A stretch of 64,000 bases of DNA from Podarcis cretensis (Eukaryota): positions 42,904,001-42,968,000 of the forward strand of contig OX638158.1 of assembly GCA_951804945.1 (NCBI GenBank), read 5' to 3'. The number at the start of each line of letters is the position of its first letter. Positions within the stretch are counted from its first letter, which is position 1. The notes below the pieces were generated by a model, which was given only the letters and a program-made list of their open reading frames with translations, searched no databases and was not told the DNA's origin. Positions 49,854 through 63,428 of this stretch are shown here, in pieces. Made by a program: the position numbers and the translations under genes.

Positions 49854-52800
49854 CTGCAGGCAGGTGGAGGCAGGGGAGAGAAAGAAAGAGAAGATGAGTA
49901 TGTCATTTGTTCACACCTTGATGAGAAAATGCAAATAAAAATCAACTAGTTCACCATTCCCCCCCACCAAAAAAAGAGGTTAGAAATTAAACAATGCCTT
50001 AGAAATTAAACATGACATTGTATGTATCATTTTCTAGGTGTTTTTAATTAACCATTCATTTCTTGCTAAAAAAAAAATAATGCCTTGGTAGCAACTCCAC
50101 CAGGAAGCCATTAAAAAAATGCAATTTCAATTTTTAGCAGGACCAGGTATATATTCGTTGTTAGAGCAGGTCGCTTCATGGTTCTTTGCAATCACCTTTG
50201 GAACACTGCCAAGTGAAATTCATTACACCGGCCTGAATTTCTGGCCTTAGTTTTATTATTAAGCTTGAAGCACTTCTATGGGTTTCCCAGGAAAAAGAAA
50301 AGAAATATTTCTTTTGGATGTACTCTAACCAACTGTCAAGCCCGATTCGTGCTTTAGATCTCAAATTAGGTTTGAAGTTTGTCCAACCTGTCTAGCCAAC
50401 ACCAACAATGCCTGAAGGAGGAAAGCATGATTGCAAAGACGGGAGGATTTGCAGTGGACGTGTGTCAGGGAGCAATGATTGGATGCAGATCCTTGATGTA
50501 AATCCATTGCACGTTTTCAGCAAGCCTGCCTGCACAGCTTGTGACCGATTGATGTAGTGAAGGCTGCCAACTACACAGGGGAGTGACAACCACCCCCTGC
50601 TCTGTCCATCCCAGATAAGCAGAAATTTCCTACTTTTCATGAGATTCCTATTGCTTTCTTCAAAATTCCTCAGATGTTTGCCAAACAGGAGCCACCAAGA
50701 TTGCTTTGAAATCTCTCATTTATTTGTTGTGAGTTACCCTGAGGCACTTTTTTTTTGTATTTTATAGCATGTGGTAGGACATAAATTGAATGAATAAATT
50801 GCAACAGTACTTTGGCCGCAGGACTGAAGCTGACCAATTCCCTTGTCCCTTATTGATTACTTTCTGCCCCGGGTTCAAAACCACCTATTAAGACATTAAT
50901 TATCTTTAGTACTCAGTTTTGAGAGGATTTGAGAGTATTTGTATCCAGGCTTTCCATAGTCTCTAGAGACACCCCCCCCCCCATAATAATAATAATTCAG
51001 TAGCACACTTCAAAAACAATTCTGGGCTGTGTCCAAGTTTTAGTTTAAGTAGGAGGTGACCATTAAAAATAGATGTTGAGCTACTTGATAAATGGAGTTG
51101 GGTCAGCCAGATTTTTAGTTGATTTGCACAGTCATGGCAGGCGTTTTACCACCTGCAGACTCCCACATCAAGAAAGAGAGCCACCACACTATGAAAAGCT
51201 GTTTTTCACTTGAGTGTACCACATTAGCCTTTTCTGTGACACTTCTTGATGTGTAAGCAAATGCAGCTGTTGCTTCATCTCACAGCTGTTGCATGAACAG
51301 TACACCCTCCCCAATCTATTAAAAGAAGCTGGTGGGGTGAGGTGTGAGGTGGCCAGACATGATGGAGCTGAGCGATTAGAAAGACTTCTGCAGGCAGAAA
51401 CTCAATCATTTGAGGAATGTTTAACAACTGCTGTTTTTTAAAAAAATCAAAGCTACTTCATGATTTTTTACAATAAACGTTTAGACTCTTCACTGCTGCC
51501 GTATCATGTCAATGATAATGTCCATGTGTAATCGGAAACATGCCATTATCTTAAATAAGAATTTCCCTAAGCAACTGCCTGCGAGATAAAATAATTATCT
51601 CAAATTAGAGAGTGCCATTAATTTTGTTTGCTATATTTGCTAGATTTAATCGGCTTTCTCTGAAACTCATGCAATGAACTTATCACTGGGTTAGGTCATC
51701 AGAAGTTCAATTCAAGCACTTCATGCTCATCTGATGGGCCAAACTTCATGGAGGAAGATGTGAATTTGAGTAGTCACATGTAAAGCAGGGGCAGAGTGCA
51801 ATTTAAAAGTATAAAAAGCACACACAGGCAAGTCTCATCCACTACTTCTTCCTCTGCAGGAAACCTCTCTATAGCTGATTTCTTTACAGCTGTGCTGACC
51901 TCTGGTAATGGACCTGGAAGAGGGATAACTGCATTTTAAGACCAGGGGTTGGGCTAATCCACGGGCCATATCTGTGCATGAAGCAATTACTGATGCCCCC
52001 CCCCCCAACAATACAGCTGCTGCACTGGTGCAAATGTGAGCAGGAGGTGATGCTGAGCAGCAGGTGGTCTGCTGAGCTCTCTCAGGGTGCTAGTGTGAGC
52101 AAAGAGTTTTCAAACCTCTCCACTCAAGACTAGAGCAACGTTGGTGATATGGATCTCTCCAACACCTTGCTCAACAGACAATGGTGAATAGCAACGCTTT
52201 TGCCTTCTGTCCTGATTCACTGTGGCTTTCTGCCTTGAATGGCACAGTAGTAGGTGCTTCTGGAGCAATGCAGTGGAATTGTCCATCAAGTAATAATGAG
52301 GAGAGCTTTTCTAGGGGAGGGACAGCTCACCAGGAAAACTCCACCTGTCTTTGAGGGTTTTTTCATTGGAGGAGATTGGAGGAAACTGTCTCCTTTCATT
52401 TGCAGGTAGGAAGTGAAGAAAGACCCTTTGCTCCACTCCTTCCCCACCCCCACTCCCAATTACTGGACACAAATGACTTGATTTAACATGGAATAAGGAG
52501 GGAAGGGAGTGTGGGAATCTAAAATGGAACAGCAGAAGAATTTAACAGAATAAGGGGTGGAGTGCATATAGCTCAGTAAATTTAATTATTGATAACATAT
52601 TGAATCAATAAATAAGGGAGAGAGGAATTTTGGCTTTGGTTATGCTCGCTTTAAAACTTTGGCCACACCTATCTTTACACTCCAGCCACACCCACTTTGA
52701 CATGTGGCTCCCAAAAGGTTTGCCCTGGATCTTTGTGGCCCTCAGCCCAAAAAGGGTTAGCCATGTCATCCCTGTTTTAGGAAATGGACTACAGTTTAGG

Positions 52801-55800
52801 GAAGAGAGAGAAGTAGAGATAGGGGGAAGAAATCTGAATCCACAGACAAAAAGGTTCCTTTGTGTACTTTAAATCACCTTTTCCCATTTCCCCACTTTAT
52901 AAGTGAGGCCGATTTTAAATTAGCTTTTTCCCCACCTTCTATCCTGAGCTAGTATTTTCAAGTGGCACATTTCTCTAGATATGAATAGGCCTTTTTTTAC
53001 CATCACTTGTGAAAACACCTTTAAGATAAACACCTACAAGTTTTGAAGGTCAGGTGTTAAGCGGTTTTGCCATTCTAGAACTATACAGTACACAATGACA
53101 GAAGTAAATGTGTTCATTAACAGATCGATATTAAGGTGAAGAATCTTGGAGTTTGGCCTCATAAGCAGTTTTGCTCATTAAATAACAACCTAAATTTAGC
53201 CATCCAGCTGAATTAGGGCAGGAAAAGGACTTTATAACTGATTCACTAACTTCCTCATGAATTATTTCTAGCTCGTTAAGGTAGACAGATAAGAAAATAA
53301 TTGGAGCATTTTACTGAGAAAACCTCTCTGTAATATACCATTAAACATCAATTGCAAAGGCTGCCTTCATCACCATGACACCAAGTTCGATCCATCAACC
53401 ATTTTTGTGTTCAGTCCTGGGCATGGCGGCTAATGAGTTTATAAAGCAGCAGCACTACCCCTGTCTAGTCAGATTCAAGATGGCACAGACTACATAAAAA
53501 TCAAGCTGCTGTCTGTACAAGTCAGACTAGACAATGAATCCTTCTAGAAGTTTATAACAGCTATTCTATCTTCATAGGTAAATGCCTATGAAGGCCGTTA
53601 GACTCATACTTTACCTTCCTTTCCACAGCAAGCGTAATGCATTACCTGTCATTTTCAAGCATGGCAACCACTGAAGCATAAATTCCCTATAACTTCAGGG
53701 TCATAGAATATATTTCATCACCATTTTCACAGCTAAATTGTATGTGGCTAGGGAAAAAAATAGGAATAAACAAATGGAACCACCATTGTCTATTACTCTT
53801 TAAGGTACCTTTCCTTTTAGGTTTAGGAAAAATTGAAACATACAGCGAAATAAAATGAGGCATTTTACCATTTAATAAAAGGGCATCTTGTTTTACACAT
53901 GAAATTATCCCATCAACTATTTCTGAGTTACCACATGTATTAAACAAATATGGAGAACCAGTGTTTAAAATTCTCTGCCTGAAAGGAGATATATATTCTG
54001 CAAGAGCAGCATGGGAGAAACTAATCTGCTGATTCAATTTTAATTGGGAGTCAAACTTTTTAACTTCAATTTCTGTTTGAAATAAGAGTACAACTGGAGT
54101 ATTACAGGTATCTGACAAAGTTATCTGTTGGATTGGTAACAAAGTCAAAATGAAACAGATTGCACCTAGATTTTCAAATATTAAAAAGTGGCAAACAATA
54201 TGTTGTTCATTATCCTTCATCATATTCAAAACAGATTATTGGCATAACATTTAAGTGCATTTCAAAAATGTTTAACTCCAGATATGTATCACACACACAA
54301 AAGGAAGAGACCTGTTGAATCAGGTCATGACTTCCCCTAGTCTAGCACTCTGTTCTTACAGTGGCCAACCCATGGGAAGACCACACGCACACATATACAC
54401 AAAGTTAAACACAATGGAAGAATTCCATCAAGAAATTACAGTGATGTATTAATAACCCACAGGAACAACACTTCAGCTAAAATTACCGCTCAGATGCTTT
54501 TTGTTTAGTTGCAAAACATACAGCTTGCAGCCAAGAGAGTGTTTACATTTTTCATACACAGGTGCTGACAAGTTAATTAACACAAGTTAAATTTAGGCCA
54601 AAATGCAGGAGCTCAGAAATGAGCAAGTCACCTTGATTCTTTGTTTTCAGTTATTAAGTAAAATAACTTTCTGCTTCTTCCCATTTAATACTTAACTAAG
54701 CACCTATTTGTTGGTTTATCAAAAACTGTCTATGCAAGACCTTAAAAACAAAGGCAGCAATACTCCATATATATTGGATATAAATTTTATCTGCTTGGAG
54801 TTCATGACTTTCTCTTCCTATGTATGAAATACTTAAGTTTTTTTGTGTAGTAATATAAATGTCCTCTCCTTTTTTCATCGTATTATCCTATTTAAATGAT
54901 TAGTGTATTTTAATTGCACCTTGTTTCATGCTTCACTGTGGTGTTTAGAGGAGGGATATGAATCCAAAATATATGCTTGCATAAGACAATCCTGTATGCA
55001 GTCTTAAAGGTCTGTGAGCAGCTTGTGGAAAACATATATAATGCCTATTTACTAGGACTGCCTGCTATGGAAATAAATTTTAAAACCTGGAACATGTGTG
55101 GGTGGATCCCTGAGCCAATCCACTATATACAAGAGGCAAAGAAGCCCAGATTTCTTGCCACTCTTGGGACAGAGTCCATCAGTTTGGGGCAGGTTGAGCG
55201 CAAAATTTGTCTATTTCCCGAGGTGCACACCATTTTTTATAACTAGTGAGTAAACAAACAGCCATGGTCCTTGCTTCTACCAACCAGTGATACAGGGATA
55301 ATTTTAGAGACTGAATGTAGCAGACATGCAGACATGTCTATGCTACTATTGGGAACTGGTCCCAAAGCAAAAATTTGGCCAGCTAGAACATACTTCTGGG
55401 CAATTAGCAACTCTGCTGCTGGCCATGCATGACAAACCTTCTGACAACTGGATTCAGTTCCTGGGTTTGCTGAATGACTGAGAAGTATTGGGGCTACAAG
55501 TTGCCCATTCTGATACAGTACATAGGCCCTGTCCATAACTCTCTGTCATTGGTTAAATTCCCTATTAAGCATTCACAGAATTATCTATGTACAAAAGATT
55601 AAACCATGGTATAACTGAAACCAGATATTAATGTGGTTAAATGATGATAAGCAATACATTTCTTCAGGCTATGCCTTTTATAATTTTATTACTGAATTCT
55701 TCTTTTAACAGCCATACTTACAGGATTTTCTTTTTGTTTTTTAAAGAAAACTATTCTTTAAAATCTGTGTAGTGTACTATAACAAGATATATCGAGAAGG

Positions 55801-57195
55801 TGAGCATAATTGCTATGAGGATCAAAATACTCTGTAGAGAATATATGTACTGTAAACTTTCTGGAAGTAAGAGTGTGTGTGTGTGTGTGTGTTCATACTA
55901 GCAAATGGTTCACTGGATAATTCTATGAAAGTCTTCTGATAAACTTGATTGCTCGCATCCAGAGGGGCAAAAATGATACATGTGAACAGTTTACACATCA
56001 AACTTCGTCTATAAGTAACCATCAAAATCCCATGAGCAGATATCTCCTTGTGTAAAATGGTTGCTTAACCTAAAACAGAAAGTTGATTTTGTATTCTCTC
56101 TTGCTTATTCCCTCTCAGCACGACAGCATGGCCTTAAGACACATGTGCATAGTCTGGTTCCATGGAAGCTTACTACAGCTATGTAGGGCTAATGTAAGAA
56201 AGGAAAGGTGCACAGCCTCATGCAAAACACATACCCCTATCCAGGGACGTGGATATGCTCGTGAAACAAATTTTAAGGGCTCATCCATACTTCCTCTCTC
56301 CCCGCTGCTTTCCCAGACTGACGCTTGCTCTGATTTAGCACTAAAGAATGCATTTTCCCTTGGAAAGTAGCAAGGCAAGGGGAAAACAGCTCAAACCCAT
56401 GCTTTCTAGGCACGGGACAAATGGAAGTGTTGACAAGCCCGTTTTGTGCAAAGGATGAGAGTAACAATCATCGGAACGGCTAGAGAGATTTCTTGTGCAC
56501 AGAGGAGATTTGGCCCTTGTGCCCATCTGATTTGGACTGGGCATTTACCTTTATATCCACTTCCTTAGCACGAGGAGGTTGAGAAGGGTCTGATGTTGAA
56601 AGTATAGAATCCTGTTCCTTCCAGGTATTTCATTCAGGTGCAGGTAGACAGGATTCAGGAATTAGCCTCTGGGCCTCAACTGGGGCAAAAGATGTACAAA
56701 ATGCTCTCGCTTCAATGTGCTCTTATTTCATTACCACGCCTGGAGGCTCAGATCTTTTGCTCCAATATCCAGTTTTATTGCAATTTATGACATTTTTCTG
56801 CAGCTGCTGCCTCAGTGCCTTGTTTTACTACATAGCGGACTTATCTCCTGCTGTCGCTCAAGTGTCCTGGCCCTCCAGGTTCGATGCTCCTGACCATCTC
56901 AGAGGACCACATTGCATGACAAAGATCACATTACCCCATTACCTTAACACTTATTCTATATAAAGCTTGCACACAAACACATGCACATAAACGTGTCAAA
57001 ATAGTTCCCCTGACACAGCCTGGGCAAGAAATTATCCTTGCTAGGGCTCCAGCTCGGCACACTACTCCTCTTCTTTATATATGGACAGTCATATATGCAG
57101 CGAGCACACCTTACCAGAAATTCAATGCAGCTTACTTCTGAGCAGAGATGTACAGGACCGCACCATCTGGAGGTGCACAAAGTCGTGTCATTAAG

Positions 57196-57208
57196 GTTGC
57201 TTGGCAAC
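57196..57208. promoter_or_regulatory. Candidate RFX X-box
   Basis: GTTGCTTGGCAAC (minus strand GTTGCCAAGCAAC) fits the GTNRCC-N0-3-RGYAAC consensus. Motif match only. Confidence 0.4.
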
Positions 57209-58121
57209 GGCAATTGTGCATCTTCTCCGTTCAGAGCTTTCAAAATGGCCAAGGGTGAAACAAGGCAGTGGCAAATACAGGGAAAGGGAGCAGGAATGGC
57301 AACTGCCCCCACCCCAGGAGTTGGTTTGTTGATTGATGCTCTCTACATCAATGTAATCCATGAGAAATTATTAAATTGTTCTATGTAAAAACTGCTCATT
57401 TCAAAAAAGGTTGCAGGTTGGATCAACACAATTTTGCTCTTCCGGTTATCTCCATTAACCTCCCATATTTCCTTCCTGGACACATGGAGGCAGCTTTGGG
57501 GATACCTGAAACTGCCCCTTGGCTAGAGCTGGGAAGTGTCTATTTCCAAGGAGGGCAGCTATAATTGTTCGATTAACCGTAATCTAAATTTTAATCTTGG
57601 GGAAATTATGAGTGGCAAAGGATAATGCAATGGTTTGGGTAGGCAGCAGATTTAACAAAAGTAGCAAACGCTACGACTGAACTTAATATTGCCACTGCAT
57701 TTTGATGAAGGTAATAAATTAAACCAAGAGAGCAAGAAACTGTGTGCATGGTATAAAGCTCACTTGAGAGCAGCAACAATCTAACATGCAAAGGTCAGAG
57801 CTGTACAAAAAACAGACAGTACGCAGCCAAGGAAATCACTTTATCAGTTGGATACTAGAGACTGATTAAAGCTGCCACTGTCTGCAAAAAAAAGTCTCAT
57901 GAATATAATATGGAAAAAGGAAATCAAGCACTACCTCTCCAGGAATAGCTAATTCCCCCTCTAAATCTAAATGTTAAACATATTTAATCATAATCTATTT
58001 CGGAATCATTTACTTAAACCTTTTCTATACATAACCATATTGAAACCTAACAGGGCGGGGATCACTTTTGCCACCTTGATTGTATGATTTTAAAAGTGGC
58101 TGTGTTAATGATACTGTAAAT

Positions 58122-58256
58122 CAGTCATAGGCAAACTCAACCCTACAGATGTTTGGGACTACAGTTCCCATCATCCCTGACCACTGGTCCTGTTAGCTAG
58201 GGATGATGAGAGTTGTAGTCCCAAAACATCTGGAGGGCCGAGTTCGCCTATGCCTC
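58122..58256. mobile_element. Palindromic hAT MITE (related core)
   Basis: Core CCCATCATCCCTGACCACTGGTCCTG.TAGCTAGGGATGATG; TSD (C/T)TGTAAAT. Confidence 0.8.
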
Positions 58257-58821
58257 TTGTAAATGTCCTTCCATCTATATACATAATTTGCTGTCTTCAC
58301 TTCCATAGGAAATATACATTCAGGGCTCCTACTTGAGATCCAGATGGACATGCAGTATCTTTTAGGTGACCTAACTTTCAGGAACATCAAACACCATACA
58401 GCTTTCTGGGGAAGGAGCTATAAAAATCAATAACATCACATATCACAGGTTCTCTCAGAGCACAAGAAAAGTGTTTAAGATTCTGCCCAACTCAGGCATC
58501 CCCATATAAATTATCCCTTGATAGTATTTTGATTTTTCTGTTTGTTTGTTTTTATTACCAGGGTTTATGGAGGAGGAAGCTACCAGACTACTATATCTCT
58601 ATCCTTTCACATCTTTTAGTTTTATTTCCCTGAAATGATTGAACTTGAAAAAGAGTGAAGATTTTTACTAAAAAGGCGCTGCTTAATGAAGCTCCCCCCC
58701 CCCTTCAGCTAAAACACACACACACATATATAGGCTAGCTTGTAAATGCACTGCAAGGTATATTAAATGTGGAGCACTCTTCACTGTTGAGCCCAGTGAG
58801 GGTTTTTTGCAGGAATATTAT

Positions 58822-58995
58822 TGCCAGTGGTAGAGCATCTGCTTTGCATGAAAAAGCTCCTAGATTCAGCCCTGGTCATCTCAAGGGAGATGAGTCCTTC
58901 CCGAAATCCTGGAGAGCTGCTGCCAGTTGTACAGATGGCCCTGAGCTGGAAGCACCAAGGATCTGATTTGGTATAAGGCAGCTTTCCATTTTCCT
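58822..58995 (+). mobile_element. tRNA-derived SINE (Squam3-like), decayed
   Basis: CAGTGGTAGAGCATCTGCTTTGCATG...CCTGGAGAGCTGCTGCCAG...GGTATAAGGCAGCTT; homologous to the 43815 copy. Confidence 0.72.
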
Positions 58996-59271
58996 AGTTC
59001 AAATAGACAATTATTTTTGTAGTTTTTCTGCTCCCTCCTTCCTTCAGTTGTTCACTTTCAGCCTCACCTTTCAGGTAAGCATGCTGAGTGAAGCATAGCA
59101 ACAATTGGTAACTAGGCAGTGATAGCCAGAGAGTGCCATTTTCCTCACAACTGCATCCTGATGCTGGAAAAAGATGGCATGCTGTCATGTATTCAATTTT
59201 TGCTCATCTTTGATGTATACAAGGCACAGAAGTAAGCAATTCTACTTTGCTGCTAAGTTGAATGGTAACTA

Positions 59272-59668
59272 CCATACTTTTCCGTCTATAAGACACCCCC
59301 TATTTTTGGGGACTCATATTTAAGAAAATGGGGGGAGATGGCACAGAGGGGTCGAGCTTTTTGGGGGGAGATTACCCAGGGGTATCGAGCTTTTTAAAGG
59401 GGGGACTGCTAAACATCTCTCACCCACACCTTACAAAATTCGCCTCCCATCTGTCCCATCGCCAATCGCCTGCCCAACTGCCGGAGCGCCAGCCAATCAA
59501 CACCACCTATTGACGCAGCCACCAATAACACGCACAATAGCCGCTGAGAGCCATGGCAGCAACCAATCAAACATCCACGCTATGCACTACCCATGTATAA
59601 GACAACAACAACTTTTTAGCATAATTTTTTAAAGAAAAAAAGATAGTCTTATATACAGAAAAGTACGG
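59272..59668. mobile_element. Pogo/Tigger-like MITE
   Basis: TIRs CCATACTTTTCCGTCTATAAGAC / GTCTTATATACAGAAAAGTACGG; TA TSD. Confidence 0.82.
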
Positions 59669-62369
59669 TAAGTACCACACTATTATGTATTTTATCTTTG
59701 TGTCTGCCCAAATCATCTCTAAAGGCATGAGACCAGTTTACTTAAGGGGTCGCCTTACCCGTACATGCAAATTCTGTCTGTGAAATGTCATGCAGTGTCT
59801 GTTCTCTGTTTGTAAGAAGTCATGCCTTTGTACAGCACCTGTACTGATGTGGAAACTGATGCAAAATGAACGGAGAACTGAACTTAAAACTGGGAGGTGG
59901 GGGGAGAGAGAAACTGAAATTGATAGATCCATCCATCTCTATCTTTTCCTCCCCTCTCTGGTTTGTTCTTTTAAGGCCTCTGTTATAGTCCAAAGAGCTG
60001 TCAGCTGTTCATTGCAATATAAATTTAAATAAACTGGAGTTCCAATGAAACATTGGGTTCCTTGCACTGACAAAAGGAACAGATTTTTTTCCCCGTTTCA
60101 GAAACTTGCACCATGGTTAAACGTCCATGCACATGATATGGATGGCAAAAGTTATTGTAAATTAATGCATGAAATGAAAAGCTGCAGCAAAAGCAAACTG
60201 TACATGTGTCAACTCATTACAGAATTTTTCTGTGAAGAGTAAAATGGCAGGAAAGAGGGAGCATAGTCAGTTTACAGAAGACTAATGAATCGGACGTCCA
60301 TCCACTGCTATATGTAATAAGGATTCATTAGGTGATAATTGCATCCTATATGTAGGATGAAACCAGGAGAGAAGATAAATCTAATATATAGCCACATATA
60401 AATGCTGCATAAAGCTTAACATTCACATGAGGCCAAATCATATAATACAGCTGTAATTTGCCAAATTGTTGAATAGCCTGCTTTTTCTTATTTTAAACCA
60501 TTGTATAGACCTATTTCACTATTTGCCTCTATTTGCAGTGGGGGGAGGGGACCAGTGGTTTTAACAGGAACAAAGTGATCTTTGGTGTTATAATTGAGCC
60601 ATTAATGCAAAATGTATTTCATTAGCACTGTTGTCATCTCAATTAATAACCTAACAATGGCTGCATTAGAATTAGTGACTTGCATGTGGTAGTGTAAGTT
60701 GAAAAACCATACTGCAAATGGAGAAAATGAATCTAAACATTATGTTCTTATCAAATGCTTTCATTTTTCAATTTTAAAATGTTATTGGATTTTTTGACAT
60801 TAGGATGTGAGAATATTCCAATTATAATAGTGATACATTAATAGCGTGCTGGGAGCAAAAACACCATTAATAATGATTCAGCACTTATTTTCTTATTACC
60901 CAGCATTCTTTTAGATTGTGGAAAAAATGACATTTTAGTACTTATTTTGAACTGCTATCATTTCCATTCCATGTTGCCCCAGTTATTTTTCAGTTCTGCA
61001 AATAAGTGTAATTTTTTTTTGGGGGGGGGGGGAGGTTAGACCCTCTGCAGTATTTTTCAGGAATCCGTATCTGAACACTTATGGAAAGAACAATATAATT
61101 TTATTGGATATTTAGAGTTAGAGATAAGACGCTATATATGCATGCACACAACTGTAAACAAAATGCAAATGCATAGCCATGGGAAGCTCTGTCTGCTTTC
61201 AAGCAATGCTTCCCACTGATATAAAAAGAATTCCTCAGTGACCTCTGTCGAATTTATGTCACAGATGACAGGTTTGCGGCTGAAAATTTTCCTTCAGCGC
61301 TATTAGAAAAAGCCTGTGCTGAGATTTCTGGGTGAACATGAGGTGACAGCATTGCTGTAGCAGAGGTGTGTTTTGACACTGCCTGTTTCCAGAGCAGCTA
61401 TGCTCCTTGCCACTGCAGTTGCTTCCAGCTGTTGACTCCCCTTTTGTGTTAAATTATTAGAGAAGCTTCCGACAAACAGCATATGGATTCACAACACCTG
61501 TGCTTTCATATTTGGAGAATCCAACTTAAGTTCTTTTCCCCTTTCACATCTATTCCCCCTTATCCTACCTGAAAAACAAGTGTAGGTGCTTCATGAATAT
61601 CTGCAAGGAAATCCAACAGCCATTTCCCCTCTGTCTTGCTAGCATGGGTTTAAGTGAGGAGAGGACAGTAGACTTAAATCTAATATTTTCTTAAAGCAAT
61701 CTGAAATCAGTGTGGATATAATGCATTTGTTATAATTTATGCTAAATATACTGAATACAGTATTTTGAATCTTACCACTATTTCCAATTATGCAGAGATC
61801 TACTTTTAAATTCACATTTCATTTCTGAGGAATGTCTTCCTCAGTCTGTTCATATTTTTTGCACTTAATCCGCCAGCGTTATTTTGCTTTGTTTGTGACT
61901 CATGCATGCTTTGACTGCATTCTGTGATAGCTATCTTGGACATGTTCTTTTTAATTTCCAAACTGCCTGTGCAAGCTGTGGAAATCAAGTTGCTGGAAAT
62001 GTTAAGAGAAAACCAACAAAGCTGACATTAGCATTTGCAAAGACAAATCATGATGCAGAGATCTAGATTAAACAAGAAGCAATTCGTTTTAATTCAGAAT
62101 GCTGCTTTTGCATTTCAGAGTTCTTCATTATCACAATATATCACAACTTTATGCCGACAAGTGAGAATATACTTTTAGGGCGATTTCCTCCTGAGCTGCA
62201 GTTGTTGGAACCATTAAATGGATGCCGCAGTAGGGTTTGGAGCTTTGTGGAAACACATTCCCAAATACAAAATACAGTAGGTGTGAGCAGTATTCTTTAT
62301 GGACAGTTTGCATGCATTTAATTTTGCATGCATTTAATTTTGGCTTTTCCCAGCAAATTGCATGAAAGT

Positions 62370-63428
62370 TGTCGACCATGGCAAACTATGGCAAGTTCTT
62401 AAAGAAATGGGAGTGCCTGATCACCTCATCTGTCTCCTGAGAAATCTCTATGTGGGACAAGAAGCTACAGTTAGAACTGGATATGGAACAACTGACTGGT
62501 TCAAAATTGGGAAAGGAGTACGACAAGGCTGCATTTTGTCTCCCTGCTTATTTAACTTATATGCAGAATTCATCATGCGAAAGGCTGGGCTGGATGAATC
62601 CCTAGCTGGAATTAAGATTGCCGGAAGAAATATCAACAACCTCAGATATGCAGATGACACAACCTTGATGGCAGAAAGTGAGGAGGAATTAAAGAACCTT
62701 TTATTGAGGGTGAAAGAGGAGAGTGCAAAATATGGTCTGAAGCTCAACATCAAAAAAACGAAGATCATGGCTACTGGTCCCATCACCTCCTGGCAAATAG
62801 AAGGGGAAGAAATGGAGGCAGTGAGAGATTTTACTTTCTTGGGCTCCATGATCACTGCAGATGGTGACAGCAGCCACGAAATTAAAAGACGCCTGCTTCT
62901 TGGGAGAAGGGCAATGACAGGCCTAGACAGCATCTTGAGAAGTAGAGACATCACCTTGCCAACAAAGGTCCGTATAGTTAAAGCTATGGTTTTCCCAGTA
63001 GTGATGTATGGAAGTGAGAGCTGGACCATAAAGAAGGCTGATCGCCGAAGAATTGATGCTTTTGAATTATGGTGCTGGAGGAGACTCTTGAGAGTCCCAT
63101 GGACTGCAAGAAGATCAAACCTCTCCATTCTGAAGGAAATCAGCCCTGAGTGCTCACTGGAAGGACAGATTGTGAAGCTGAGGCTCCAGTACTTTGGCCA
63201 CCTCATGAGAAGAGAAGACTCCCTGGAGAAGACCCTGATGCTGGGAAAGATGGAGGGCACAAGGAGAAGGGGGCGACAGAGGACGAGATGGTTGGATAGT
63301 GTTTTCGAGGTTACCAGCATGAGTCTGACCAAGCTGCGGGGGGCAGTGGAGGACAGGAGTGCCTGGCGTTCTCTGGTCCATGGGGTCACGAAGAATCGGA
63401 CACGACTAAACGACTAAACAACAACAAC
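62370..63428 (+). mobile_element. Bov-B (RTE clade) LINE, 5'-truncated, with an uninterrupted RT and C-terminal frame
   Basis: ORF 62362..63417 has GVRQGCILSP, NLRYADDT and FELWCWRRLLRVPWT, then a very short 3' UTR with a (CAA)n tail. No TSD discerned. Confidence 0.96.

Noticed and set aside
51943-52774. Possible old hAT element (CAGGGG...CCCTG)
   Set aside because: The flanks do not form a TSD and the boundaries are uncertain.
53687-54229. 180-aa minus-strand ORF
   Set aside because: AT-rich, with no recognisable similarity or convincing splice sites; likely chance.
62448-63389. 313-aa antisense ORF
   Set aside because: Mirror frame of the Bov-B RT ORF; no independent evidence.
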